The translations under genes and the position numbers were made by a program. Positions 29,536 to 38,890 of a DNA stretch of 64,000 nucleotides are shown here, in pieces. Every line of letters begins with the position of its first letter. The stretch's first letter is position 1. The notes under the pieces are model-generated. The model did no database searches. It saw nothing but the letters and a program-made list of their open reading frames with translations, and had not been told where the DNA came from. The DNA is taken from NCBI GenBank assembly GCA_963827235.1, contig CAWHAE010000008.1, positions 128,001 through 192,000 on the forward strand. The letters run 5' to 3'. Source of the stretch: an uncultured bacterium. GTDB lineage: Bacteria; Chloroflexota; UBA5177; JANWHV01.

Positions 29536-30459
29536 TCAGTGTGCCGCGAGCCAGTAATCGATGGCCGTGATCTCGCAGCAGGCAACGACGAGAGCGGCCA
29601 TCGCCGGCAGCGCAAAGGCACGCAACGAGGCGATCCGGTTGCGGCGGCGAAACGAAACGACGCCGATGCACGTATTGAGAAGGGTTATCGTGGCCAGCAG
29701 CCCGGCAATGCTCAGTATCGACATGGGATAGTAGAGTGACCTGGGAGCGCTCGTCAGCGTCATGATGAGTACCAGTGCGGCGATCAGGAATCCTGTCAAC
29801 TCGCCGAAGTCCTCGGCGATGGCCAGAGGCTCTGGATCGCTCCAGACCAGCAGGTTGAAGAGGGGAAGGACAAGTATGGTCAGCGCCGTGCCGGCGAGCA
29901 CGCCGGTGACAACGCGCAGGTTATTGGTGTCGGTGTAGAACGTGTGCAGATGGTGGGTGCCTGCGAGCGAATTGAAGCCGTCGAACACCATGGCCAGGAC
30001 GAGAATCATCAGCACTAGGCCGACACGAGGATTGACGAACAGGGCGGCTTTGCGGCGACCGGCCAGCCAGAGCACCGCGATGGTCACGATCACGCTCGAG
30101 TAGATGCCCGAGTTGCGCGCATCAATCGGCATGGCGTGCCCGGCAAAGCGTATGGTGTGGCTCGGGATCTGGGCGCAGCAGGCGTGGCCAATCGCATGCA
30201 GTTTGTCCTGCAGCGGCCAGGGGCTGAGTACGAGGAAGAAGGCGAGCACCGCGGCGAGCAAGGCGAAAAGGATAGGCTCGCGGGCCGCAGGAACATGCCC
30301 TGGCGAGCCAGCCCCCTCATCGGGTGTCGGTTGGGAGGCGTGTGTTCGCGATCCGAGGGTGATTCGATTCACGCCCGGCGGACTCTGTGCCGGCCCTGGC
30401 GTCCGTGGCTCGCCGTCCGGAGCAGGTCCTCGCGGCGCGTCCGCATCGACGTCGTTCAC
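29536..30459 (-). CDS. DUF2085-domain membrane protein
   Basis: C.Q.PSHT......MP.DAR.SGIY, M.FDG.NS and NLRVVTG. Its GTG start overlaps the nth stop. Confidence 0.8.
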   Translation of the reverse strand: MNDVDADAPRGPAPDGEPRTPGPAQSPPGVNRITLGSRTHASQPTPDEGAGSPGHVPAAREPILFALLAAVLAFFLVLSPWPLQDKLHAIGHACCAQIPSHTIRFAGHAMPIDARNSGIYSSVIVTIAVLWLAGRRKAALFVNPRVGLVLMILVLAMVFDGFNSLAGTHHLHTFYTDTNNLRVVTGVLAGTALTILVLPLFNLLVWSDPEPLAIAEDFGELTGFLIAALVLIMTLTSAPRSLYYPMSILSIAGLLATITLLNTCIGVVSFRRRNRIASLRAFALPAMAALVVACCEITAIDYWLAAH

Positions 30460-31103
30460 GCGATGGCGCTCGGACACTCGGGCGCCAGCGTGCAGCGTCC
30501 GCATTGTGGCTTCTGGGCAGTGCAGACCGCTCTCCCGTGGAAGATAACCTGGTGGTTGTAGTCGAGCCACGACGATCGCGGCAGAACTGCCATCAAGTCC
30601 AGCTCGACCTTGACCGGATCGTCGTGCTTGGTCAGTCCGAGGCGCCGGCTTATGCGGCCGGCATGCGTATCGACGATCACGCCTTCCACGATGCCGAATG
30701 CATTGCTCATGACCACGTTGGCCGTCTTGCGCGCCACTCCCGGCAGCCGAAGCAAGTCCGCCATGCGGTCGGGTACCCTGCCGTCGAATTGTTCCACGAT
30801 CATTCGGCAAGCCGCCTGTATGTTCTTCGCCTTGTTCCGGTAGAAGCCGGTGCTGCGGACAGCTTGCTCAAGCTCTTCGGCCGGGGCGGCCATGTAGTCC
30901 CCGGCGGTGGGATAGCGCGCGAACAGGGCAGGTGTGACCATGTTCACGCGCTCGTCTGTGCACTGAGCGGCCAGGATGGTGGCGACTAGCAGTTCCAGGG
31001 GCGTCGAGAACTGCAGAGAACATCGGGCATCCGGATACGCTTCCTTGAGCTTGCGCAACAGAATCGGCACGCGGCGCTTTGTCTCGTCATCCACTTCGTC
31101 CAT
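30456..31103 (-). CDS. nth: Endonuclease III
   Basis: Motifs LLVATILAAQCTD, HhH LPGVARKTANVV and VDTH, with the Fe-S motif C-X6-C-X2-C-X5-C. Confidence 0.96.
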   Translation of the reverse strand: MDEVDDETKRRVPILLRKLKEAYPDARCSLQFSTPLELLVATILAAQCTDERVNMVTPALFARYPTAGDYMAAPAEELEQAVRSTGFYRNKAKNIQAACRMIVEQFDGRVPDRMADLLRLPGVARKTANVVMSNAFGIVEGVIVDTHAGRISRRLGLTKHDDPVKVELDLMAVLPRSSWLDYNHQVIFHGRAVCTAQKPQCGRCTLAPECPSAIA

Positions 31104-31155
31104 GTTCAGTTGCCGCCATTTCCCTCTCTGATGTTTGCCGGCTCGCAGTCTCCCT

Positions 31156-32580
31156 CTACATGTGTATCGGCTTTCCCTCCACGGAGAGCGCCGCTTCGGC
31201 AATCACTTCCGAGAGGGTCGGATGCGGATGGACCGATCGCGCCAGTTCCTCGGGAGTGGCCTCCAGGAATCTTGCCAGGCTGAATTCGCCGATCAGCTCA
31301 GTGACGTCGGGCCCGAAGAGATGCGCGCCCAGGATTTCGCCTGTCCTAGCGTCGCCGATGATCTTGATCTGTCCTTCAGTCTCGCCCATCGCGGTAGCCT
31401 TGCCGTTGGGTCTGAAGGGGAACGAGCCGACGTGAATATCGCCCTGTGCTCGCGCCTGCTCCTCGGTCAACCCTATGCTGGCCACTTGCGGCGAGCTGTA
31501 TGTGCAGCGGGGCATCGAGTTCATGTCGAGCTTGATTGTCGCATGACCGGCGATTACTTCTGCGGCCACCTCGCCCATTGCCGAGGCGACGTGGGCAAGG
31601 CTCAGCTTCGGGCTGCCGTCCTGCACGGCAAGATCACCGATGGCATAGACGCCGGGTACGTTGGTCTGCATGCGGCCGTTCACCTTGACGAATCCGCGAT
31701 CCGTCGCCACGCCCAGCGACTCCAGACCCAGGTCGTCGCTGTTCGGCTGAAAACCTACTGCGTACAGCACTCTATCTGCTTCCAGAACACGTGGCTCGTC
31801 GGCTCCGCCGCCGGTCGTGGAGACGAATACGCGCGCCGCGCCGTTGCTCACCTCGACCCGTTCTACCTTGGTACTGGTGAGCACGTTGATGCCCCGCTTG
31901 GTAAACGATCGGGTGAGGCCGTCAGACATGTCCTTGTCTTCCAGAGGAATGATGCGCTGCAACATCTCCACGATCGTGACGTGCGATCCGTAGGCATGCA
32001 GAGCGGTAGCGAACTCCACGCCTATGGCGCCGCCGCCCAGGATCACGACTCGTTCTGGCAGCCGGTCCACCGACCAGACTTCGCGGCTGCTCACCACCAC
32101 GCTACCGTCGATCTCCACGCCAGGAATGAGACGAACGCGCGAGCCGGTGGCGAGGATCGTGTTCTTCGCCTGGAGCGTGGTCTGAGCACCGTTGTCTCCG
32201 GCGACCGTGATCGAGCCGGCAGCCGCCAAGCGGCCTCTGCCGGTATGCACAGCAATGTTGTTCTTGCGCATGAGGTAGTTGACGCCCTTGACCTGCTTGT
32301 CTACCACACTCTTGCACCTGCGCATGGCGACAGCGTAGTCGGCGGTGACGTCGCCAACCGTGATGCCGAACTCGCCCGCGTTACGTACGAGGGTCAGTAT
32401 CTCGGCATTGCGCAGCAGGGCCTTGCTGGGAATGCAACCCCAGTTGAGGCAGATGCCGCCTAGGGACTCGCGCTCGACCAGGGCGGTTCGCAAGCCAAGC
32501 TGGGAGGCGCGAATCGCGGCCACATAGCCGCCGGGTCCACCGCCCACTACCACAACATCATACGCGGAATCGACGCTCAC
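31156..32580 (-). CDS. lpdA: Dihydrolipoyl dehydrogenase
   Basis: Motifs GGGPGGY, GGICLNWGCIPSK, GGGAIGVE and HPHPTLSE. Confidence 0.96.
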   Translation of the reverse strand: MSVDSAYDVVVVGGGPGGYVAAIRASQLGLRTALVERESLGGICLNWGCIPSKALLRNAEILTLVRNAGEFGITVGDVTADYAVAMRRCKSVVDKQVKGVNYLMRKNNIAVHTGRGRLAAAGSITVAGDNGAQTTLQAKNTILATGSRVRLIPGVEIDGSVVVSSREVWSVDRLPERVVILGGGAIGVEFATALHAYGSHVTIVEMLQRIIPLEDKDMSDGLTRSFTKRGINVLTSTKVERVEVSNGAARVFVSTTGGGADEPRVLEADRVLYAVGFQPNSDDLGLESLGVATDRGFVKVNGRMQTNVPGVYAIGDLAVQDGSPKLSLAHVASAMGEVAAEVIAGHATIKLDMNSMPRCTYSSPQVASIGLTEEQARAQGDIHVGSFPFRPNGKATAMGETEGQIKIIGDARTGEILGAHLFGPDVTELIGEFSLARFLEATPEELARSVHPHPTLSEVIAEAALSVEGKPIHM

Positions 32581-32596
32581 TCTATGAATCCTCCAC

Positions 32597-33526
32597 CTAT
32601 TCGGACGCCTGAAGCACGACCAAGGAGTCGCCGCGCTTCGCCACTACCGTCGTCGAATCGACGAATGCCGCGGCTTCGAAACCCGCGCTCCCGTCGATCA
32701 CGCCCTGGTAGGCAAAGCCTTCCGGTCGCCTGGTACATACCGACAGACCATCTTCGCTGGTGATCAGCACCATGTCCCCGTCCGGCGACCAGCACACGTC
32801 GGATGTCTCCTCAAGCATGCCCAGGTCGTCGATCTCGCGCATGGCATGCGTGGAAACCTCGTAGATCCATCCGCCTTCGGGCTCGATCCCAGCCGCATGA
32901 GATCCATCTGCTGAGAACGCGATTACTGCGTTCTCGCCGGAATCGAAGAAGCCGTCTATATAGAGACGCTCATTGTTCGGCAGCATCACCCAGTAGCCAT
33001 CTTCGGTGACGAGAATGATCCGCGAGCCGTCCGGGCTAGGACTGAAGGCAGCGTAGTCGCTGTTGAGCATCACACTCTGCCAGATAGGATTAGGGCGGTC
33101 CATATGCGCGGTCGAGACAGGCCAGAGCTCAACCAGTGTGTTGTTCACACCAGCCGGCTTGCTGGCGACCGCAAGCAGACCGTTCGCCGCGAACTGCACG
33201 TCATACACGACCTGGGCATAGGCAGGCGGAGGCAGCTCGAGGCGAGCACTCCATAGCGATTGCAGGGGTGAGATACCCCATACGCCCATCAGCCCGTCGT
33301 CGTCCGCGGCGACCAGAAGGCTGCCATCGGGGCTGACGGCCAGTGAAGTTACACCGAGCATCTCGACGGTCGTCACGATGGCCCCTGCCAGCGCGTCGCG
33401 TACCTCGATGGTGTTGGCGTCCGCAGCGGCCAGGTACCGACCGCCGGGTGAAAACGCGCCGAAGCTTTGCACCACTGCGAGATCGGTTTCTAGCGTGCGA
33501 CGCCAGTTCTCGACAGAGAAAGCCAC
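32597..33526 (-). CDS. WD40/beta-propeller repeat protein
   Basis: Repeats of AFSPGG, AVSPDG, FSPSPDG, AFSADG and CWSPDG. GGAG upstream of the GTG start. Confidence 0.75.
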   Translation of the reverse strand: MAFSVENWRRTLETDLAVVQSFGAFSPGGRYLAAADANTIEVRDALAGAIVTTVEMLGVTSLAVSPDGSLLVAADDDGLMGVWGISPLQSLWSARLELPPPAYAQVVYDVQFAANGLLAVASKPAGVNNTLVELWPVSTAHMDRPNPIWQSVMLNSDYAAFSPSPDGSRIILVTEDGYWVMLPNNERLYIDGFFDSGENAVIAFSADGSHAAGIEPEGGWIYEVSTHAMREIDDLGMLEETSDVCWSPDGDMVLITSEDGLSVCTRRPEGFAYQGVIDGSAGFEAAAFVDSTTVVAKRGDSLVVLQASE

Positions 33527-33649
33527 CTCAGATGCTCCTTAAGTGCGTGGCATCCTGCCGGGCCGCAGGGCCCGAAAAAGGGCCGAGCCGCCACGCCCGC
33601 CCCACATCCGGCAGTGTATGAGCCGAAGGGCCTTGGGCGCAAGCGAATC

Positions 33650-34123
33650 TCAGCTCCAGCGCCGCTGCAGACTGAGCTCGCACGCCTGGCAGTACCAGTC
33701 CTCGCCCATGCGCAAACCCTGGCTCCGGCGTACCTGGCACAGGCTGCCGCAGAGCGGGCACGTGCAGAGGTAGTGTTGCTGGCTGTCATCTTCACCGCGC
33801 TCGCCAAGACGATAGGGTTCAACCGTGCCGAAGTCGACCAGCACGCGTACGAGCCGGGAGCGGCGGCACCGCGAGCAGCGGATAGGGAGGTCCTGCGCGC
33901 CCTCGGGCTTTCCTTCGTCGTTCAGGGCCGGCAACGGCAGGGGATCATCGCGGTCAAAGCGATTGAGCTCGTCAGGCGAATACGTGTGGTGGCAACCGGG
34001 GCAGTAGATATAGGGAACGAAGAGACCTTGCCATTCCTTCTGCAGCTCGAGATCGGGTTGGCGCTCGATGCGCACGACGTCCTCGCCGCGCTCCCGTCTG
34101 TTCTTTCGTCGTCTGATGGCCAT
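33650..34123 (-). CDS. Hypothetical protein with four CxxC motifs (two Zn-ribbon-like sites)
   Basis: CPGC, CSRC, CPLC and CQAC. An extended -10 TGGTATGCT lies at about 34205-34213. Confidence 0.7.
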   Translation of the reverse strand: MAIRRRKNRRERGEDVVRIERQPDLELQKEWQGLFVPYIYCPGCHHTYSPDELNRFDRDDPLPLPALNDEGKPEGAQDLPIRCSRCRRSRLVRVLVDFGTVEPYRLGERGEDDSQQHYLCTCPLCGSLCQVRRSQGLRMGEDWYCQACELSLQRRWS

Positions 34124-34579
34124 GTTCCCGCAACTGGTTCATTGCTAATCGACGGTAGGTTGCGACGGTAGCCGAGCGCCTAAGCGCCGGTGCCCATCGC
34201 ACTCAGCATACCAGGACTACCGGATCGGGCCGCACACATCTCTTGATGTGCACGCACCTGGAATCGACGAAACATCATTGTGGTCTACCCATCCTGGGCT
34301 TGCGGCCGTCTCGACTGCCCCGGACGGCCAACAGCCGGCCCGGGATGCCCGGAGCGCACAGTGGCATGGCATGAATGGAGGTCCACGCTTCCGCTCGCTG
34401 CGATCACGCCCTTGGGACTTTCCGGGCGCGACCGCTGCCTGGGGTACGACGACTAGGCACAGAACCGTATCCTGTTTCAACGCTGACACCCTCTTTCCGC
34501 CGCACGGTAGCGGCCTCTGGTCGACCGATTTGAGAGCGTGCCGGGGACCTCAGGAAGTCGCGGGTTCGCGGAAAAGGAC

Positions 34580-35227
34580 TCAGCGGCCTGCCGACCGGGT
34601 GGAACCTCTCGACTGGGAATTGAACTCGCGTACGAGATCCGAGATCTGCCGCGCCGCGTCCTCCGTGCTGAGGTCATTGCTTACGATCGCCGGGCGTCCA
34701 AGCGCTGCCTGCAGCTTGTGCAGACGATCGATCTGCTGCTGGGTAGCGGTGGTGGGCGATCCCTCGGACACATCGGATCCTTGGCGATCGCTCTGCGGCA
34801 CCTCGGCCACTGCAAGGGTGCGACCAGCCGGTCTGACGGCGCTCACCATGCGGTGTGCATGGGCCGGGCTGCGGCCGGTCTCGCCTGAATCCTCCTCGAC
34901 ATCGCCGAGCTCTTCGAATGCCGTCACGCCCACGTTGATTGCATCGCGCAGGGCGCGCGCCTTGGCGCGGGTCTCTGCCATGCGGATGGTATGCGCGGCG
35001 ATCAGCCGCCCTACGTTGTCGGGAGACGCGTCGCCGATGCCTGAGAAGGTGCCTTTCTCCGTCTCCACTTCGGCCCTGCAGATCGCCATCTGGCCGTTGT
35101 CGCCGCTGGGCGCCTGGAGGAGCTCGGTGCTGATTCGCTTGAGGCCCTCACGGTGAGCCTGATCGAGCAGGCCCGCGTAGAGCACGAAGTCCTTGCCTTG
35201 CCGATTGACGATAAACTCTTTCTTCAT
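34580..35227 (-). CDS. Rad52/Rad22-like single-strand annealing protein
   Basis: GK.FVLYAGLL..AH..GL, A.V......F.GIGDA.P.NV and RMAETRAKARALRDA.N.G. C-terminal AT..Q...L..L / LS..DA...I..L helices. AGGAGG SD. Confidence 0.7.
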   Translation of the reverse strand: MKKEFIVNRQGKDFVLYAGLLDQAHREGLKRISTELLQAPSGDNGQMAICRAEVETEKGTFSGIGDASPDNVGRLIAAHTIRMAETRAKARALRDAINVGVTAFEELGDVEEDSGETGRSPAHAHRMVSAVRPAGRTLAVAEVPQSDRQGSDVSEGSPTTATQQQIDRLHKLQAALGRPAIVSNDLSTEDAARQISDLVREFNSQSRGSTRSAGR

Positions 35228-35255
35228 TGCTCTCGCCGCCTCCTGCGGTGTACTA

Positions 35256-35267
35256 GAACATATGTAC
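35256..35267. promoter_or_regulatory. LexA (SOS) box
   Basis: GAAC-ATAT-GTAC within the near-perfect palindrome TAGAACATATGTACTA. It lies about 30 nt upstream of the start, next to a CATAAT -10. Confidence 0.75.
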
Positions 35268-35430
35268 TAATTATGGATCGAATGGGTGTCGTCGTCAAGC
35301 GAGCTGTGCGTGCGGGACTTGGCTGGCGGACGCGGCTCGAGCTATCGAGACACTTGCAGGGATTGTCGCGAGGGTGGTAACGGCGCTCGCACGGGCGTTC
35401 GCCGGCGGTGTGGCCGGCACGGGGAGCGCG

Positions 35431-35805
35431 CTAGCGTCTCGAGCGACGCGCCTCAGGCAAGATGGTCACCGCGACCTCGCCGGTCGGGCGCGACCGGCAG
35501 GCAAGGCGCACGCCTCGAGCCAGCTCGGCGCGGTCGATGAACTGGCGCTCGAGGATCGTCGGCTCGCGTGCGGGCAGGGCAAAGAGGACGCGACAGGTGC
35601 CGCAGGTGCCCTTGCCGCCGCACACGGTAGGAATGACCACGCCGTTGCGCTTGGCCCCGTCGAAGATGCTCTCACCGGGCTCGAGATCGATTGTCGCGCC
35701 GGTCGGCATGAAGTGAACCCGTCCGGGCTTGGGCGCCTCAGGCAGATCGAAAGTATCGAGGTCGAGAACGATCTTCTTGCGAGGGGGAATCTCGGACAAC
35801 GCCAA
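35431..35805 (-). CDS. 2Fe-2S ferredoxin-domain protein
   Basis: CGGKGTCGTC and RLAC. Confidence 0.88.
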   Translation of the reverse strand: MALSEIPPRKKIVLDLDTFDLPEAPKPGRVHFMPTGATIDLEPGESIFDGAKRNGVVIPTVCGGKGTCGTCRVLFALPAREPTILERQFIDRAELARGVRLACRSRPTGEVAVTILPEARRSRR

Positions 35806-35911
35806 CCCTATTCAATGCTCAACGGCTATCGGCGTAGAGGCAGGAACTGAGCAGCGTGCAGTGGTCACGCCGCCGCCGTAGCGACAGAATCACCTGCGCA
35901 CCGAGCGCCGC

Positions 35912-36889
35912 TTAGCGGCGCTTTCTCGGCTGCGACGTTTTGCTTCCTCTGGCGTGCCCGGGTACCTGCCTGGGCACCGAAGTACCCCGCGGGGGCCTGG
36001 TCTCGATCATCACGGGCTCGGGCTCGGGCTCCGCCTGCGAACGGACAGGCGCCGCATACTCGACCGGTACTGATTCCTCCATCACGGTTGCTTCCGCATC
36101 GACTGCCTGGCTTCTCCGGGGGCGCCGCAACGTAAATCTGCCGCTTTGCGGGACTTCCGAATCGCCACGGTACTCCGGCGATATGTCGCGCATTGGCATG
36201 TCGGACAGGCCCCCCGCGGCGACTCGCCATAGGCCGAATCCCGCGCCGGCCGACCATAGTGCAAATACCGGCGTGAATCCTAGAACGCCGACAAAGAACG
36301 TGGCGAACGAGCCGAGTACCGGCGTGCTGCGCCAGCCATACAGCGACATCAATGACAGGCCCACGATGCCGATCCAGAACACGACCGCGAAACGCCCGGA
36401 AGTGTCAATGCCGTAATCGCGATTGGCCGCGCTCTCGAAGGACTTGACGACGGAGTCGACCGCCGCGGGTACGTGCGCGTCAACATACTGCTGGGCATAG
36501 TGCACGTAGTCGACACGTTCCAGCACTGAAGCGATCAGGCTGAGGGCGAGACCTGCGACGGCCACGATCGCGCCTATCAGTGGCACACGAGCCCCGGGCC
36601 GCCGTAGCATGGTGAAGATAGCGAAGGCGACGCAGCCAAGCAGCAAGAATCCCGCCAGCGCGGACAGCATGTACACGTCCATCAGCGAGGTGTGCTGATT
36701 GACCCATCTGAGCAGTATCTGGTCATTTGCCGCGCTGCTCAGCTTGGACTTGGTCGCCGGCAGCGGCTGCGACTCCACGTACAACGTTGTCGCGATGATC
36801 ACCGCGGTGTAGAGAAATCCGCTGATCGCTCCCGCCCGGATTACCGAAGACGGCTGCAGGTCGATAGAACTATCCTCCAGTATTCGCAC
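35912..36889 (-). CDS. Hypothetical polytopic membrane protein (DUF4386-like layout) with a disordered basic tail
   Basis: Five to six hydrophobic helices followed by a low-complexity C-terminus. The start is uncertain. Confidence 0.65.
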   Translation of the reverse strand: MRILEDSSIDLQPSSVIRAGAISGFLYTAVIIATTLYVESQPLPATKSKLSSAANDQILLRWVNQHTSLMDVYMLSALAGFLLLGCVAFAIFTMLRRPGARVPLIGAIVAVAGLALSLIASVLERVDYVHYAQQYVDAHVPAAVDSVVKSFESAANRDYGIDTSGRFAVVFWIGIVGLSLMSLYGWRSTPVLGSFATFFVGVLGFTPVFALWSAGAGFGLWRVAAGGLSDMPMRDISPEYRGDSEVPQSGRFTLRRPRRSQAVDAEATVMEESVPVEYAAPVRSQAEPEPEPVMIETRPPRGTSVPRQVPGHARGSKTSQPRKRR

Positions 36890-37193
36890 TCCGCACGCGT
36901 ACAGCGTACCGCATTCTGCTCCTCAGCGGTGGAGTGCGGCCAGCCGGGTCGCATCTACGGAGTCCTGGGGCGGAGCGTTGTCGTCTCACGACCACGGGAG
37001 CTATACCGGCCGCGTCCGAAAGCGTTCGCGCCGGTCGCGCTTCCGACATAGCCGGACCAGAGGGCTGCATTGCCTATCGGAAGGGCGCAAGTACTCGGCT
37101 GCGCTTGCGGTACCCAGGCATGAACGCATGGCTGTGCTATACTTCCCTCCGATCCGCCGGGGCAGGTGGTGTCCGGCGTGCAAGGGAGGAGAC

Positions 37194-38441
37194 GTGCGGC
37201 GAGTCGTCGTAACAGGCATGGGAGTCATCAGCCCGTTGGGCATCAGCCTCGATGCCACGTGGAAGGGCTTGCTCGAAGGGCGAAGTGGTATCGGGCCGAT
37301 CACGTTCTTCGATGCTTCCGCGCTTCGTTGCAGGTTTGCGGGTGAGGTGCATGGGTTCGATCCGGGCGAATTCGATATCGATCCCAAGCTTGCCAAGCGA
37401 TGCGATCGCTTCACTCTTCTGTCCATGGCCACGGTGCACCAGGCGTTGACGCAGGGAGGTCTCACGATTAGCCCCGCGCTGGCCGACCGGGCTGGCGTGA
37501 TTATCGGGTCGGGCATCGGCGGCCTCAATACGCTCATGGATCAGTTCACCGTGTTGTTTCAACGCGGCCCCGAGCGCATCAGTCCCTTCTTCGTGACCAT
37601 GATGATCACGGATCTTGCGGCCGGCCAGATCTCGATCAAGTACGGTCTCAAGGGTCCGAACTTCGCGATAAGCTCTGCGTGCGCCACGGGTGCGCATGCG
37701 GTTGGGGAGGCTTCTGAGATCATCCGTCGCGGCGATGCCGACGTGATGCTTGCCGGGGGAGCTGAGGCGCCGGTCACGCTGATTTCCGTCGCGGCTTTCG
37801 CGAACATGCGCGCGCTCTCGTCACGGAACGAAGAGCCTGAGCGGGCGTCCCGCCCGTTCGATAAGGAACGGGACGGTTTCGTGCTGTCGGAGGGCGCCGC
37901 GGTGCTCTTGCTGGAGGCTGAGGAGTTCGCGCTCCAGCGCGGCGCTCCGATTTTGGCCGAGATTGCAGGATACGCGGCCACCGCTGACGCGCATCACGTC
38001 ACCGAGCCCGCCGACGGCGGTGAAGGCGCGGTGCGTGCCATGGTGCGCGCCATGGAGAAGGCAGGGGTGGAACGCGACCAGGTGCAGTACATCAACGCCC
38101 ACGGCACCTCGACCGTCGCCGGAGATCGCGCTGAGACTGCCGCCATCAAGACCGTATTCGGCGATCGCGCCTACCGTATCCCGGTCAGCTCGACCAAGGG
38201 CGCGACCGGCCACATGTTGGGTGCGGGCGGTACCGCGGAGGCCGCGTTCTGCATCAAGGCGATGCTCGAGGGCGTCGTGCCGCCGACGATCAACTACGAG
38301 TTCCCGGACCCGGAGTGCGATCTGGACTACGTAGCCAACGCGGCGCGCGTGACGGGACCGTTGGATGTCACACTCAATAACTCGTTCGGCTTTGGCGGGC
38401 ACAACGTGAGTATGGTGCTTCGGCGCTATCAACCACGCTGA
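37194..38441 (+). CDS. fabF: 3-oxoacyl-ACP synthase II
   Basis: Motifs RRVVVTGMG, SACATG, NAHGTST, GHMLGA and NSFGFGGHN. GGAGGAG SD before GTG 37194. Confidence 0.96.
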   Translation: MRRVVVTGMGVISPLGISLDATWKGLLEGRSGIGPITFFDASALRCRFAGEVHGFDPGEFDIDPKLAKRCDRFTLLSMATVHQALTQGGLTISPALADRAGVIIGSGIGGLNTLMDQFTVLFQRGPERISPFFVTMMITDLAAGQISIKYGLKGPNFAISSACATGAHAVGEASEIIRRGDADVMLAGGAEAPVTLISVAAFANMRALSSRNEEPERASRPFDKERDGFVLSEGAAVLLLEAEEFALQRGAPILAEIAGYAATADAHHVTEPADGGEGAVRAMVRAMEKAGVERDQVQYINAHGTSTVAGDRAETAAIKTVFGDRAYRIPVSSTKGATGHMLGAGGTAEAAFCIKAMLEGVVPPTINYEFPDPECDLDYVANAARVTGPLDVTLNNSFGFGGHNVSMVLRRYQPR

Positions 38442-38890
38442 TGGCAGGACGCGGGAGTGATGCCCAGTCGCAGCTGGTGAGACTGGTCAGTGAATTGCTC
38501 AAGGAGTTGGACGGCACGGCAGTCACCGAGTGTGAGTTCCGTGCCGGCGACCATCGCGTGCACCTGCGCCGCACGCTGAGCCCGACTCCCGTCCTGCAGG
38601 AAGCAGGTGCGGTCCAGGTTGGCGCTGTTCCCGAGAGCTGGCGGCCGGTCATCTCGCCTCTCACGGGGATCTTCTATCTCACTGAGTCTCCCAAGGGCCC
38701 GCCGCTGGTATCCGTTGACGCGTACGTGGCCGAGAAGCAGGTGGTCGGCCTCATCGAAAGCATGAAGATGTACAACCCGGTAGAGACTGATCTCGCCGGT
38801 ATCGTCCGCTCCATCGACGCGCAGGCAGGATCGGTGGTGGAGAAGGGTCAAGTGCTGATGTACATTGAGCCGACCGGAGACATAGCATGA
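38441..38890 (+). CDS. accB: Biotin carboxyl carrier protein
   Basis: SPLTGIFY..SP and the biotinylation motif IESMKMYN. Confidence 0.85.
   Translation: MAGRGSDAQSQLVRLVSELLKELDGTAVTECEFRAGDHRVHLRRTLSPTPVLQEAGAVQVGAVPESWRPVISPLTGIFYLTESPKGPPLVSVDAYVAEKQVVGLIESMKMYNPVETDLAGIVRSIDAQAGSVVEKGQVLMYIEPTGDIA

Noticed and set aside
31135-32463. Long antisense ORFs (also 45605-46807, 43663-44802, 60226-61281, 14913-15794)
   Set aside because: Shadow frames opposite conserved genes, expected in high-GC DNA, with no motifs of their own.
34217-34500. 6S RNA or a known riboswitch
   Set aside because: No long rod with a central bubble and no recognisable aptamer consensus. Kept only as a weak structured-RNA lead.
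38752-38775. ESMKM instead of EAMKM in AccB
   Set aside because: A common tolerated variant. The biotinylated Lys is intact.
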